Assembly (NCBI RefSeq): GCF_036321535.1
Contig: NC_087472.1
Location: 90,770,001 to 90,834,000 of the forward strand
From: Camelus dromedarius
Taxonomy: Eukaryota
Reading direction: 5' to 3'
Length of the DNA stretch: 64,000 nucleotides
Below are positions 1 to 15,235 of this stretch, one piece after another. Each line of letters starts with the position of its first letter. Position 1 is the first letter of the stretch. The translations under genes and the position numbers were made by a program. Below the pieces are notes generated by a model. The model was not told the DNA's origin, searched no databases, and was given only the letters and a program-made list of their open reading frames with translations.

Positions 1-599
1 TTTCTATCCCTTCCTATGTTTAACATTAGCATGCCATTCTTACCATTTATACACAACACATCTCATAAATTCTGTCCATGTCAAACTTCTATGCTCAAAA
101 CATCTTAAAAGGTTTCACCTATGATTTACAGACTACAAACTACTTGATCATTTAAAATGGAATTGAAAACGCTGAATAGTAAATGCATGTTGTAACAACC
201 ATATTAGCAACTTAATCCAGACTTTTATGTGGAAACTTTAATACAAAGAAAACAAGTGTAAACAATAAATCTGAATGTCTGAGTGACAAAAAAATTGTTT
301 TGCTTTTCAATCTCAGGGAATTAGGCCCACCAAATTAAATTGAATTTTTTCTCAGTGATCCAAACATCCCAATTGTCCTGCCACTGGTTTGTAGCTTTCC
401 TCACACTAACAAAACAGTATGTTTTTTTTTTTTTTTACACAGAATGTTATGACAGATGAGGCATATAGCATGTAAACTTGCTGTAACATACCCAATACCT
501 TTTGTAATCCTTCATCATCACAGCTAATGACCACACAATGTTCATTCAGATTAGTATACATCAGTGTTCTCCAGATATGACTGGGTAAATATTCCCACA

Positions 600-2480
600 G
601 GGTACTTTCCAACACAGGTGCTTAATAGCAGATATACGCTGTGAAACAAGCACCAAAAGACATAACCACTTTAATATTGCTTCATGGAGTCATGGTCACA
701 GTCAGAACTGCCATCTCTTCACCCAGTGTGTTTGATAGATTGGCCAGCTGTCCTGCTCACTTCTTGGCTCTTTAAAAGGGCATCTGAGTCATAGCTAAGG
801 GAGCATTTTATTCTCTTATTTTGAGCCTCTTTCTAGGCACCAGCATTATGTTAGATTTTCCCTTTTTAACACCCATTTGGTGGCTTTCTTCCCTTCAGTA
901 ACAATCTTATCTTTCTTCCTTACTGTTAAATTTTAATCCAAACTTTCTCCCTCAACACAAAGTATGTCCCCTGGGTTCAGCCACTGGACTAGTCCATGTT
1001 TACCTGATAGCAAGACAAGACCTGCCTGGGCGTCCCCTTCAGTCTTGTCCCAATTTCTGATAAGGGGTCACATTGGTTCCATACAGAAAAATGGGGTTAT
1101 CCTGTCCACTAGGCAATAAAACATTTGTGACACTGAGCCCCAATTAGGCAAGGTGTGGGGAAGGGGGAATCCATTCCATCAATCCCTGCGGAATTCTTGC
1201 ACTTACCTTCCAACTGAGAGCCATACTGTGTTTGAGAATGTTACCAGCCTTTGATTAATTGTAGTCCTAGTCCAGGGACTACTAGTATGGCATGGAAAAA
1301 GAAAATTGTGGTGAAATAGGAACACCTGTAAGTTCCCCACTTGAATTATCTTTTTCAGCCTAATTGGTCTCACAGGTGCAGCGCATTTATCAAAGGCGCT
1401 AGTTGCCCAGGTTCCTTTCTTGGAACTCCACCTGCAGGCCAGAGAGGGTGACGCTCAATGGAAGGAGATTCTGAACTTAAATTTGAGTTTTTGCTCTGCA
1501 ACCAAGGAATTGAATTTTTAGCAGACTTACCATCAGCTTGCTGTCCTCTTAAAATCCATTCTTTTAGCTCCTAGAGTTTAGGTTCCACCGTTTCCAGATT
1601 CCATCAGAAAGTTTCAAAGCCTATGCTACTTCAAACCAAGGGTAGGTTGGCAGCCAGCATCAATGGTTCCTTTCCATTCCTTTTATCAGAATCATCTGTT
1701 TTCCTTTTCAAATAATGCCTTGCCCATATTTTCAGCTAAGAATGAATTTGGGTCTTCTAAACAATCTCAAGTCTGGCACTAATTGCTCTGGGGTGTGACA
1801 GTTAAGCTCAACAGCTGATGAGGACTCACAGAACTCAAATGACAGTTTACTACTGTAGAAAGGAAAAGCTTACGGTATACCAACAACATTAAAATAAGAA
1901 TATGCATCACAACCACAGGCTGCTTCCCAGCAGAGGGTCTGGAGAGGCCAAGTACAAGCTCCAAGCACCCCCTCTCTATCAGGACCAAACCAGGGTGCAA
2001 TTTCTCTCTTAGATCAAGAACCACCAAGGTGAGCACACACCACTTTAGAAACCAGGGAGCACGAATGGAAGTCTCAGCCAGGATTGCTTACAGCCTGCTG
2101 GTAACCTGGGCATATTCTTCCTAAGTAGCCAGTCCCAAACCCAGTGGCTTCCGTGGTCCTCACCGAGAGCAGGTAAAAATGGCCAGTGTTACTGGCTAGC
2201 AGTAAACAATTGTGATAACCTGTAACCCGTGGCTACCCATCAACACAATGAGTCACTTCTTTTCATTGCTTTGATCAAGGCTTTCCATTGTGTAGCTGTT
2301 TTGGCAAAACATCTCATGCCAGCTTCAGAGCCTCTGGAATTAACCCTCACAGCAAAGATAGCTGCATCAAAGTGCATTGACTTTGTTGGTGGGCAAAGAT
2401 TTGCTTGGAAAGTGCTTCAGCCTGAAGTGTAAGCTGCCTATAGAATGATGTTATACCCACAGCAGCCTCCTCTTCCCACA
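600..2480. mobile_element. Degraded LTR/ERV remnant (MER21/MER77-like LTR around 1780-2480, possible internal sequence upstream)
   Basis: The motif ggactcacagaactc and the following segment resemble ERVL-class LTRs as recalled. No intact ORF; boundaries approximate. Confidence 0.35.
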
Positions 2481-4146
2481 GACACCTGCTGCCTGGGCAG
2501 AAAAGTCAGCAGACACATAGCAGTTATCCCACCATTACCCACCCACCCCTGTCTCTGTCTGTACGAATTATCTTACAGAACTGTTTATACGTTAACACGG
2601 AGCATCCAGGTTGACTAATGGGATGAGCCCTAGGCTTTGTGGGCACCATCGGACTTACTTAAACAACTTTTTGCTGCTGCTTTTTTCTCCCGGTATTATC
2701 ACTAGTAGAGAATGCCGAGTGGTTTTCTTTTTCTCTAAAGGACTCCTGCCGCCCACCTTTCTGCTTTTCAGCGTGTACCTCCATGTGTCCCGCCATAATA
2801 CCGAGAGCAAGTCTCTGCCTTCCCGGTCTCAGTTTTCCCAGCTGCAAAATTATTCTAAATGTGCTTTCTGGTTCTCACTAGGATTCTGTAAAAGACAAGA
2901 AAAAAAAAAAAAACCTGCCTCAGCTCCTCACTTGTGGTATGTGTAGAAAGGATAGAATTAGCATTTGAACCTAGAATGTCGAGAGGCTCACCGGGCACAA
3001 CCAGCACCTTGGGTACCGCTAATGGGATCCTGTGCTTGACAGCCCCACCCCCACCCCACTTCACCCCGTTTCCTTCATGTTCTGCTTTTCCTGCACAGCA
3101 GCAGGGGTCCTGGAAAGCTGGTCATTTTTCTCTAGTCCCCACCCTCTCGTACCCCCACAGCCCCGATGCATGAGGGGTACCACCCAGTGGTCCCTGTTCT
3201 TCAGTGGCGTCAAAACCTACAGCATCCTCTACTGTCAAAATAACCTTTGAAGAGAGGGTATATTAGAACATACTCAGGTTTTTATATAGCTTTAAAATAT
3301 ATTCCCTAGTGAGTACACTCAAGGAGATACATTTTTCCTCTAATGGAAATTCCTAGCTTGAGGTAAAAGGATCATTTTACGAAATTGTGTCTGCTGGTTG
3401 CTTGTTGAAGCTTCTAGAAACAGCTAATCATTTTGTTTACTGTTTCATCGAAAAATCTCAATGTATTCTTTAAGATGCTCATTTTGAACAGTAAAGTGTA
3501 TGTTTGTGCGACAATTAAATTGTCCTGATCGATCTTCTCACCTCTTTTCAAGTCCATAGTGTCGGTTATATACATCTAAATAGGAGTCTTTTTAAAATTG
3601 TTTCATGAAGGCGGGATTTTGTTTGATATGTTTGTTTTGGGAAATGTGTTCTCCAGTCTAATGTGATGGATCGTTCTTCTGTTTAAGCATGTCCAGTTTT
3701 AGCAAAGCACACTGCACAATATTTCTCTGCTAACGATGTCATCTCCTACTCCTGCTATTTCCGAGCAATTGCTGTGCTCCCCTCTGGAGCTATTTATGCT
3801 CCCAATTTCCTATTCTGTGTGTTACCATTTACCTGTACAGAGAGAAGAGTAGACTCGATCAAAAGAAATTCGTGCCGTTTGGCTGTTGGTTATTTGTTTC
3901 CGTCACACAGGGAAATTAGACTCTTAATACAACAGTGAGTCTAAAAATTCTCACTTGTTCTTACATCCTTGGCTATAAAGCAAAATATGTGTAATGATTA
4001 AGGCGGAGTACCAAAAAAGAAAATAATAGAAAAACTTCAAAACACGCATAGCTTCCTTCAATATATAAAGAAACATGTTGAGAATATTGGTAGTTGGAGG
4101 GAATCCATTCCTCTCTCCTACTCATGGAAATGGTTTGCTGCATTTC

Positions 4147-4243
4147 TTTTTTTTTTTTTTTTTTAATGGAAGTACTGCGGGTTGAACCCAGGACCTCATG
4201 CATGTTAAGCATGCGCTTTCCCACTGGGCTATTACCCTTCCCC
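4147..4243 (-). mobile_element. tRNA-Ala-derived SINE (Vic-1-like)
   Basis: Reverse complement is GGGGAAGGGTAATAGCCCAGTGGGAAAGCGCATGCTTAACATGCATGAGGTCCTGGGTTCAACCC followed by poly(A). It has A and B boxes, and tgctgcatt occurs on both flanks (4136 and 4248) as a likely target-site duplication. Confidence 0.85.
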
Positions 4244-5948
4244 TGCGTGCTGCATTCCTAAATGTTCTCACTACCTACACCTGCAGATGTGCTCGGAGGG
4301 AATCGAGCACACAGAGAGTGGAATGGGAGTCTTTTGTCTCTGCACCTCTCTGGTCTCCCTTACAGTCCCTGCTCAGCCTTCCCGGCCTCCTGCTCTGCTT
4401 GCATTGTTTGTTGTTTTTTTTTTTTTTTTTTTTCAATTCTTTATTCTTTTTCCTACCTACCTCCCTCTGAAATCAAGCTACATTCCTTTCTGCCACTTTA
4501 CACAGTCTCAGCTTCCATGTGAAGAGGTCATTTCTTTATCTTGGGAGTATTTGTAAGCAAAAGGAGTCAGGGCTTGGCTTTGATAGGGTGAGTGCTGGGC
4601 CAGGGCATTGAAGGAAAAGTGGCCCTTGGAAGCGCAGAGCTTTACTCACTGGGATGAAAGACAAAGGAAAAAAAACAAAACAAAACCTCCTGTTCCCACC
4701 ACTGGGTCTCCTTCGTGCTTCTAGGGAAACTTCAAAGGCTACTATTTCCCTTTTTTAAAAGAGAAAAACATGCACTACATAGGTATTAACCTACATGGGT
4801 ATTAACCACTATTTTTGGGTTTTGTCCTTAGCGTTTAATTAGAACTAACTACAAATAGTAACCAGTAAAATGCCTTAAAGCCTTAAATTTGCATCTGTTT
4901 AGTGTCGGGCAAGCTGTTTACTGACGGAGATGGCCGTGTTTATCTGCAGTTACATTTACAATTGTGTTGCCTCCTCCCCTTAGATGCGTGAGAGATTTGC
5001 TTAATTACTATTGATTCTTTATCTCAAAGGACTGAGAATTCAAACCAGAGTTTAGATGTATAAGGTGTTATAAAAGCAATGTTGTTGCATTTCCAATTTG
5101 GCTAATAAATTGGCTTTAGAGAAAAGCATCTCTCCGTGACACTTGGGAGTATGCTTACGATTTGCTGTTGTTGGACAAGGTTGAGATTTCACTTTTGATA
5201 AATGTTTGTCTTTCAGCATATGATTAAATATCACCTCAGATCAAGGCAACCTCCCCCCCACACACCAGACTTACAAAGTTCTTAGAGGACTTGAAAAGTA
5301 CGTCGTAGAATATAATTTGAAGGTGAAAGGAGAAATAAGTGAGCCTTGCTTCTAAAAGCTGGATACATTATGCAGTTACTTTGGTTTGCCTATAGAAAAT
5401 TTTCGTGAAGTTGATTGTTTTTTTATCTCACGTTAAAGTAGCAGAGAGATTAGGAGACGACTGATCTTTCAAGGAGAAAAACCCTTAATGGTTATAAATG
5501 CATAGCTGGAAACAGAGTTTACACAACCCTAACCATACAGATTAATCAAACTGACCTTCTCTGATACTAATATAACAAAGTATTGTCGGAAACTCTTTGG
5601 GAACCTCTAGTAAAATAGTTTTCTTCTGATTCAGGTGGAAATGACTCTGTTTCCTTGGAATACTGCAGGTCCCCTTAACTCCCAGTTATTTCCCAGCACC
5701 ATGGGAATGAGAACTGTCTCTCTGCCCACATCTTTTTACCCAAGGCCAGTGAGCCTTGAGAACAACCTTGGAGCCTGAATACTCATCACACTCACCCAAC
5801 TTAGAGCTGTGGGATGAAAACAAAACACTTTAATAAAAGAGGGTAGGGTTTGGGTTTGGTGTTTACTGAAAAGGTCCAAGACAACCCAACCAGGATTTAC
5901 AAAAGAAAAACAGTGAAAGGAGCATTTTCCCCTTTGAATCATTTGTGA

Positions 5949-6293
<345 letters not shown>

Positions 6294-8322
6294 TGAAGCC
6301 GTGTGACCTAATGCTGTTCCTGTGATTAATCATTTTTGCGCTTAATGGAACGAGAAAATATTTTGATAAGCTAGGAGGTAAAAGCTAGAACGTAGGTTGC
6401 TCTCAGACTGGAAAACAAAACCCTGAGATACTCATTTTTCAAATAGTACAATGAGTCACCATGTAGCCATTGGTTCTTTTCATTTCTTGCCTCTCCGGGG
6501 GTGGCTGCCTCTCTCCGGCAGAAATGGATGTGCTCCTGGAGATGCTGACACACCTGTCACCAGATCTGAATAATGATACTTGGCAGATTTTTGCAGAAGA
6601 GTGTAAATTGATAAGCCAAAAAAAAAGAAAAAAAAAACCCCAAAAAAGAAAAACAAGCCCTTTAAAAGCAGCAAAGTAAGCCCCTCAAACTGAAGGCTTT
6701 TATTTATTTATATATACATGGATTTACGAAGTTTCAGTTTGGCACCTCCATTCATCCCTCTCTTAGAGACTACTTGTTGATTTCTTTTGCATTGCACACG
6801 GGAAAGCTCCCCAGGTATTGTCTTGAGCTTAATGAAGGCAGTTGAGGAAGGGAGCAGAAGGAATCGGTCTTAATTTTGACTGAATTCTTAGGCCTCAAAA
6901 TTATTCAATGCCCGATTCCACATGTCAACAAGAACATATTCCACGTTTGGGAATCTGGGAAGGTTTCCTGAAAGGAGTTGCACAGCAACTGTTTTGCCTT
7001 CTCCTTTGCTGTAGATGTCTACCACCTCCTGGATTAAAATGTACACCTTTTTTTTCTGTGTTATTTTGATAAGGTGTTGCTTTTTAAATTCCAGGGTCAC
7101 TGGGCTATTGAATTCTGATCATTATTTACCAAGCCCTTGAACATGTTTGAATTTTAATTATTGATTATACTTCCATTTGCTTTGATAGGGTTTCTATTCA
7201 GGTCTTCCCTCAAATGTATTTTGGCACCATTTTCTTTGTAGATGATCTGTGAATGGATTCTGAGTATATAACTTCCCTCCTCCATGCCTGGAAATTATTT
7301 GGGGGGCAATTTTAACTCCTTGAAGACCTGAGTTACTGTATAAAGTTTATTTGCTAAACTTTGATTTGCCTTTTCAAAGAGGGGGAAAGATAAAATCTTC
7401 CAATGATAGGACTTTTGTGAATATATTAGGACCCAGGATTTCTCTTTGACTAATGGATTCAGTAAATTGAAAGTTCAACATGCTGTTCACCGAAAATAAC
7501 TACTGGGACCTATCCTTTGCAATTATTCTACGGACTTTTTTTTAACTGACATACAAGGTTCAGTTTCTTTTCATAACAAAATAAAAAGCTGAAAATTCTC
7601 AAAAGACGTTTTCTACAAAATGGAAAACTTTTCATTCTTTTAACTTGTTTGCCATGGATATAATGAACTTGTTAATAGATTTGTCATGTGGAATGCTTTA
7701 TATGTAAACTGAAAGCATACGTGTGTTAAAACATTGCCCTAGCAATAGGTTATTTTTAAATTACTTTTTAAGGTCATCTATTTGAGTGCTCTCTAATAGA
7801 TTGTATCACTTTTCTTATGGAGATAAATGTTCATATTTTATATTGTGTCATGTAGCCTGAAGTAATTAATTTTCTTCTCAATAAGGGTCAATCTGATGAA
7901 AATCTAAATGAGTGTTGAAGAGGGCAGAGCAGTTAGTTGTTGGTAATTTTTTGCCTTCAATAACCAAAGTAGATAATTTCTTAGTACATGGTAGTAATTC
8001 TTCCACTTACTGACATAAACCTAGATGGCTCTCCATAGATGAATAGAAGGATATTTTTTCTTATTTAATGTAGAGAAATTCTCACCATTCAAGTAAGGGC
8101 TTTTAAGAACTGAAAACTTGGTTAATTGGTTGAGTTGGTAAACTTTCCATCGCATTCTAGGTCATCAGCCAAACAGATAATGAACTCAGGAATGTTCTTA
8201 ATTGTCTTAATAAAACAGCGGTCAATAGAGTTCCCATATCCAATTTTTTTTTCTTAACTAAGATGTGTTTACTGTTTAGTAAAATGGCAGTAACTGTTTT
8301 CTGGTTTGGTTATTCATAATAG

Positions 8323-8408
8323 GGGACGAACGGGGCGGATCCGGGTCCTGTCTTTTAAAACTGGCATCATTTCTCTGTGTAAAGCACATTTGGAAGACAA
8401 GTACAGAT
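8323..8408 (+). CDS. DMD: Dystrophin exon 66 (86 bp)
   Basis: aatag|GGGACGAACG...TACAGAT|gtaagt. Encodes [28 protein letters not shown]; phase matches exons 65 and 67. Confidence 0.97.
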
Positions 8409-10440
8409 GTAAGTCATGTATATTAACTCTGTATTCTTTTATTAATGTTGGCTAATTACCCCAGTTCTAGAGGGGGAATGACATAGTGTTCTTATTTGAC
8501 TGCAGGTTCCTCATGTAAGATGTAGAACTACTTTTAGACTGTCATAAAAATTGGTTTGTGCCGTTCCCTGTCAGAAATTAAATTGTAGGCATTTAAATAG
8601 AGAATGAGGATTAACTTCTCGAGTCCGAGTATTATTTTACATTACATTGACTGTGTCTGAATAAAACACTTGTCCCTCAGGGATAAAGTCTGATTTCCTA
8701 ACCCCTTTGTCTAAGTCAGAAAAATAAATGTGAAGGTTTAATCCGTGCACTTGCCTTGCCTTTGGAGTCTTATTTAAAGAATACTGTCTGGCATTCACGT
8801 TCAAAAAACATTGCTTATTTTATAATCATCTTACTGCAAGTTGTACTGACATGTCCACTTCTGTGATGTGATTAACATTTTATTATTTGAGAGATAGCTT
8901 GCCATTTCTTACCAGGTAAATATCACCTTATAAAATTTCCTTTTGATTAGCCATTGGGCCCTTCTGCTGAAAACTGTAAATCAAATTAAAAGCAAATGCT
9001 GGAAGAGGGATGGTTGAGATTACTAAGCAACCATTCATTCCCATTGTGAAGCAGTGTACTTGTTTCTCCCCTTTAAATGCTTGTGAGAAGTCTTTTCGGT
9101 AGGAAGATTAAACAAACCTAGTCTGTCGTCTCTTTTCCCTTAAGGCCTAGCCACACAGGGATGAGGAGATGTGCTGAGCTTAAGCACAGGCAGGAGATAA
9201 AAGAGATTGAATTCCTCCAAAGCCACTCTGTGTCCTACTGCTCATTTCCCCCCTAGGAGTAAACCACAAAATACACAAGCTCTTTTAGCTCTCACTTTTA
9301 TGTAGTTTCCACTGAGTTTTCTCATCCTAAGAACCCAAGGAAAAATAACGGAACAGCTTTTGTTAACCATTTAAAACTGTATTTGGGGATAAAATAGAAT
9401 ATTTCTGCAGGCTTTCCTCCTTTAAATGCTGTAGTTACTTGTTATAGGTTAGCTTTTACGCTAACGTTGCCAATGGTATGGTTCCAGCGCATCGTGGTAC
9501 CAAATTGGTTCCTCAAGGACGCTTCCAGCCTGTGTGTCAAATAACTACTAAGAGGGAACATGTTTGAGGTTTGCAAAACAAAAATGTTAACTTCAAACTG
9601 GGATATTTGAAGAGAATTCATAATTTTGAAATTATGTGTGTGTTTTGGAGAGATGAGGAAAGGCTGTGTATGAGATCTCACTGTTCTTATTGGCGTCTTC
9701 AGTATCTCGTTAAAACATTTCATTTCTGAGAGATGAAAGTGTGCTCTTGAGTAGGCTAAGCTTTCTTGGATTTAGTTTTTTGGCAACTTCTATTTGAATG
9801 CAAGGTAGGATTAAACTAATTTTACTTCTGAGAACAAACCATATGTTGCAGGTGTTTGGTATAGTCATACCTTCTGTGAATCCACATATATTGGGCACCC
9901 GCAGTCCTCCAAATGCAACTCTTCCACTCTACATGTTTCTGGCTCACAGGTGACAAAGAGATGGTCCCTGCCCTCAAGGGGATATCAATCTTCAGCCCCA
10001 AAGACAGACACATATTAAATCAGTGACACTGTAAAGTGATTTGAGCTAATTACAAATACGTACAGCATCCTGTGGGAACACATAGGAGAAAATAATTGTA
10101 TGACTTCATAAAGAAGCCCCGATTTTGGAACATTTTTGAATCTGATGTCCACAGGGGATAGAGCCTTGGGCCAGTACTGTGATTCTTAATGCTAAAACAT
10201 TTATTGCATGATAGTGGTCACATCCTATATATATTTTCCAAATGATTATGTTCTCGCTTAGGAAAAATTCATGTGTCAAAACTGTATATAAACTCATTTC
10301 TTGCAGGGCTACAGTTTATTTAAAATCTGTCACACTTCGTATATACACAGTGATGATTAACTTGATCCCCCCAAATAATAAATGTCCAGATTAGTGTACA
10401 GTAGAAGTAGCTTCTCTGTGGAAATGTTGGCTGTTCTTGA

Positions 10441-10710
<270 letters not shown>

Positions 10711-11404
10711 TAAGTAGCATATTTGTTCTTTTGTATTTTAGAAATTAATTTAAAAACCACAGAACTTTAGTTTCTCTTTGTAGCTCTCCTATAGGCAGGT
10801 AGGTAGGGAATTTTTGATATTTGAAACGTCTGTAGGCAATGGCTTCTGAAACTGTGGATTTCAGGGGAGAGGACAGTGCAAAGGAAGGGAAAGAAATCTC
10901 CATCTGCAGCCAGAACCCCACAGTTACTAAGTTGCTGGGAGGGAAGGGCGTCTGCAGTGGTTTAGCAAAAGAGGAAATAAATCTCCGGCCATGGAAATCC
11001 TTTGTAAATAAGAAAATGACCTTCCTAGGTGAGTCTCTTAGTCTCAGTTTTTGTCCCTAACCTAATTCTGTCTAATTATGTATTTTCGCCTTCTTTTCAA
11101 TGTCTGTTGGTAAATAGCTGACACAGCTATCGTTTTTCTAAAAGTTTTCCTTTTGTAGCTTTGACATTCCTCTACTATTCCAAGGCCTGGATGGTGACTT
11201 CCCATAGGCTTACAACCAGGTCAGAGGTTTGTACTGTCTGCTAGTGTCCTTCACCAGCTCAGCACACTCCTACCCATTCTCTTTGGTTTTCTGCCCCATT
11301 GCCTTTTCCACACCATAATCAGTGTCCCCAGAAACATCCTCTTCCTCCCAGATACCTAAGCATTCCACTGACTGACTTTTAGGTTGTTTCTCTTTTTTGG
11401 CAAG

Positions 11405-11640
11405 GTAGGTAACACTGCAGTGAACATCTTTAGGCAGTTAGCTCTTTACTTTGATTCAAGTTTTTCCCTTTAGGATAAATTCTCTGGAATGGGATTACCA
11501 GATGAAAAGATATAAGCAGTTTTCTGGCTTCGGATACGTATTACGAGATGGCTTTTTATCAAAATTGTCTCTATTTATAATCCCACTAGCACTGAAGGAG
11601 TGAGGTGTTTGCAGTGTCACGTTTTTCGCAGTGTTCTTCT
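11405..11640 (-). mobile_element. Old L1 (L1M-type) fragment
   Basis: actgcagtgaacatc...ttaggataaattc...ggaatgggatta is typical antisense L1 3' ORF2 sequence. Confidence 0.55.
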
Positions 11641-12509
11641 GTTGTTTTCTAAATTCTAGGAACTATTTTTGTTATCTGGGGTTTCAGTCCATTCTAATCT
11701 CATCATTAGTAGAACTAGGTGTACAGATAACTGGGTTAGACCTGTATGTAGTCTGACCACAGACGACGATAAAACTCTAGAAGGGCTCCTGGGTAGAACA
11801 TTGTCAATGTTTAGAAATTTCAAGCAGTTTGAGCATTTGTTTAATAGTTAATTGGGCAGATTGAATATATATACACACATAATAAGGCTGCTTATATAGG
11901 GTTGGATATACTAGGGGTTGGTTTGACAAAATTATGGCAAATTAGCTGCAAAAGTAAAACAGATGTGGAGAAATAAATACATTTTTAACCTCGTACTCAA
12001 ATCTCCCGAAACATGAATAGACTATCACTCCCTCTGAGTTTTGTCTTGTGTGTTGCTGCATTAATATTTCTACTCCAGAATGTTGACACAAGTAACTCCC
12101 ATACAATGAATATTAATGGCCACAAATAGTCCAGATTCATTCTGGTTTTTTTTTTTTTCTAAAATCCAGTTCTGAAACAACTTGCAATGGCTTAATTTTC
12201 TTCCCCTAAGCGTTCTTTTCTCTTCAGTCAAGTTTCAGTAACTTTTTGCATCCTAGTTATGAAACACACACGTGTTCATATATACATACCCACACACAGC
12301 TGTGTGTGTCCTGTGATGGGTTGAGAGTAAGGGTCAGAACACAGATCTTCCAACAGCCATGTCTGTTCAGGGACAGTTCCTGCCTCAGAGCCAGGTGGAC
12401 TGGACTCAGGGCTGCTGGAGCCATTGTCCCATCCCCCCATGGTACTTACTGACCATGCTGCTGCCAACACCAGCAGCCACCGCCACCCTCACTGCACTCT
12501 CTCTCTTTC

Positions 12510-12665
12510 CATTGAAATATATCTGACATCAAAATTGTGTAAATTTAAGGTGTATGACATGTTGATGTGATACATTTATATATTGTAATATGATTGCCAT
12601 TGTAGCAATAGCACCTCAGTCACGTCATTATCATTTCCTTTTTTGTGATGGGAAGCTCTAGTCTC
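12510..12665 (-). mobile_element. L1 3' end fragment (L1MA-like)
   Basis: Colinear with the 3' end of the L1 at 21425-21600 (ctgacat...gtgtaa.ttta...atatattgtaatatgat). Confidence 0.65.
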
Positions 12666-14347
12666 TGGCTCTCTTGAACTCAAGCAGCTGTCGGGACAAG
12701 GGACTGTTGAGCAGAAACTCCACTTTCCCTAGTGCCACCCCACTATCAGGAGCCTGTTGCATCCTTGGGGAGGGGGAGCGGGAGTGTCTGCCTTTTTCAT
12801 TCACTTCCTGCCCCTTGTTCCACTACTTCCCTGTCCCGGTAGCAGCACACTCTCTTCTCAGCACCAGAACTTTGAACTCAGGCCACCACTCCATCACATA
12901 GTGATTGAATGCATCCTAGCTAGCCAGTCTCCAAGCTCTCGGAAAGGTTTATGCTGAGAATGGGGGAAATCCAACATCTTTGGTTTGATTCTGTTTCATT
13001 GCCACTTGTACACTTGTGTAAATTATTACAAGTGATGAGAAGGCCTGGAAGCAGTTTCTTTCCCTTAAAAAAATTAGTACTTTACTAATTTTTCTTCTAA
13101 CTCTAAATGTTCAAAGAAGAAAATTTGGAAAATACAAAATAGTAGACAAAAAAAACCTGTTACCACTGTTAATATCTTGATGGATTTCCCCCAATGAATA
13201 CATTTCTCTAAAACCACACCCTGGTCATTTTCATTGGTCTTACTGCTCTCTCTGTTTAACTCTCAGACCTTTCCCATCTGTTTCTATAACTGCCCACAGT
13301 TTGCTTTCACTACCATGAAATAGCTTCTCCCTACCATTTGTACTGGCCATGGTTGTAAATGATATTGTTACTATTGCTACTGATGATAACATTTTACCTT
13401 TGTTCACATAGTTTTCTTTGAGATGAATAGAATGGACAGACTTGGGGGGCTTTGTTTTTATTGTTGTTTCAGTAGATGGAGAATTTATCCGTTCCCCTGC
13501 AGTTTGTCAGCTGGTGGAAGAATTTGACTCTTAGTCAGTGTCCCCAAGCCCATTTACCTCCTCATCCCCAAATATGTACTTTTTGATACTAATGCTCTTC
13601 AGCTTCCCAAGCTGAAGCAACAGGAATTTTTTCTGAGTCTCTGCTAGATTACGAGATGCCATAACAAAACAGGGAACATAGGAGAGATGAGGAGAAGAGG
13701 AATCCTCATTTTAAGAGGTCGCGTATTGGTAAATTGAATGTGGCTAGAAGGACGTTGTGCACCTTGTGTAGGTACAGAGCCAGGCGAAGTTTATATTGCC
13801 TAGATTTGGGGCCCCTCTCCACCTGCTAGTAATTGGCAGTCTGCTTGAACAGATCCATTGCGAATGCTTCCTTCAGAGTTGGCATCTTGGCCCTGGCGGG
13901 CTGTTCCTCAGCCAGGAGCCCTGGCCGTCACCTTGCCATTCGGAAACTGCAATGTGCATGAAAATTTGATGTTTGCTGTAGGGAAAGATAACAGGACTGA
14001 AAATGCCCTCTGCCCTCTGTTTGAAGTGTAAGACCTTGGGAACGGGGCCGGGCTAGTTCCTTCAGCAAGCTGTGCTCAAAGACTGCTCTTTCTAGCAACC
14101 CGAGGAAACACAGGGCGGGACAGTGCTTGTTTCTCTGACAAATGCATTCCCTGCATCACAGAAGGAGAAGTTGACTTCAGACTATAGTCTTTTTATTTCC
14201 TTTGTTGTCTTTTCAAGCTGGTGCAGTTAGAAAAATGTCAGCTTCTGATTCAGACAAGGGCCTGGCAGGGACAAGAGGACAGCGGTGTTTTCATGTGCAG
14301 TGCTCGCGGGGTGATCTTTTTGAAGGTTTCCTTGGCCCGTATCCCTC

Positions 14348-14478
14348 CGTCCTGGAGATGGGTGGTGGTGATGGTCACACAACAATATGTATATACTTAA
14401 TACCAGTGAATTGTCCACTTAAAATGGTTAAGATAGTAAATTTTATGGTATGTGTGTCTTATCACATTAAGAAAAAAA
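14348..14478 (+). mobile_element. L1MB-like 3' terminus
   Basis: ctggagatgggtggtggtgatggt...cacttaaaatggttaagatagtaaattttatg followed by an A-rich tail. Confidence 0.75.
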
Positions 14479-14479
14479 T

Positions 14480-14603
14480 GGGGGGAATAGCTCAGTGGTA
14501 GAGCATGTGCTTAGCATGCACAAGGTCCTGAGTTCAATCCCCAGTACCTCCATTAAAAAATACATAAATAAATAAACCTGGTTATCTCCCCCCTCCAAAA
14601 AAA
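14480..14603 (+). mobile_element. tRNA-Ala-derived SINE (Vic-1-like) inserted in the L1 A-tail
   Basis: GGGGGGAATAGCTCAGTGGTAGAGCATGTGCTTAGCATGCACAAGGTCCTGAGTTCAATCCCCAGTACCTCC, then an AT-rich AATAAA segment, a C-rich segment and an A tail. Confidence 0.88.
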
Positions 14604-15099
14604 TAGGGGGGAAAAAACCCAAAAACTTTTGTAAAAGAAAGAGAAAAGGAAATCGCCAAGTCTAAATAAGATGCTTTGCCTAATAAAAATCAGGATAGGC
14701 CCTTCAAGGAATTATCCATTAAGCCGGTAAAGGAAGTCATATCTGTGGATTTTAAAGGGGAAAATTTACTATAAATGTATGGGTTTGACAGTGGTGTCTT
14801 CATTGCTACTAAGTGAGGCGACAGGGTATGTTTCTACGTTGGACGCATACTGGAGTCAGCACAGTTACTGGGAAATTGACTCTTTTGAGTATTCGTAGAA
14901 GTAAAGATTTGAAATTAGTTTGTTTTGGAAATACAGCTACAGTTAGTGCATCATCGGATTGATCTGCTTTCATATTCCATGCAACCATCCCTGTTGATGG
15001 AGTAGATTAATCCTTATGACCTCAAGTAAGGCCAGGTCTGCCCTGGCCATGAGTCACACAGACTGCCCAAAGGAACCCTGGAGTTCGTCCACATGTCTC

Positions 15100-15235
15100 C
15101 TTTTTCAGATGAGAAAACTGAAACCTAGAGAGGCAGGATGAATATATTCTACATTCTGCAGTTATATTCATGTCAGAACGAGACATCAGGCCCAAGTTCC
15201 CTATGTTCTAAGCCAGTATTTCCTTCTGCTAAACC
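15100..15235. mobile_element. MIR SINE fragment
   Basis: MIR core tttcagatgagaaaactgaaacctagagagg. Confidence 0.6.

Noticed and set aside
14480..14552. tRNA-Ala(AGC) gene
   Set aside because: It is followed by a SINE body and A tail and sits inside an L1 tail, so it is a SINE head.
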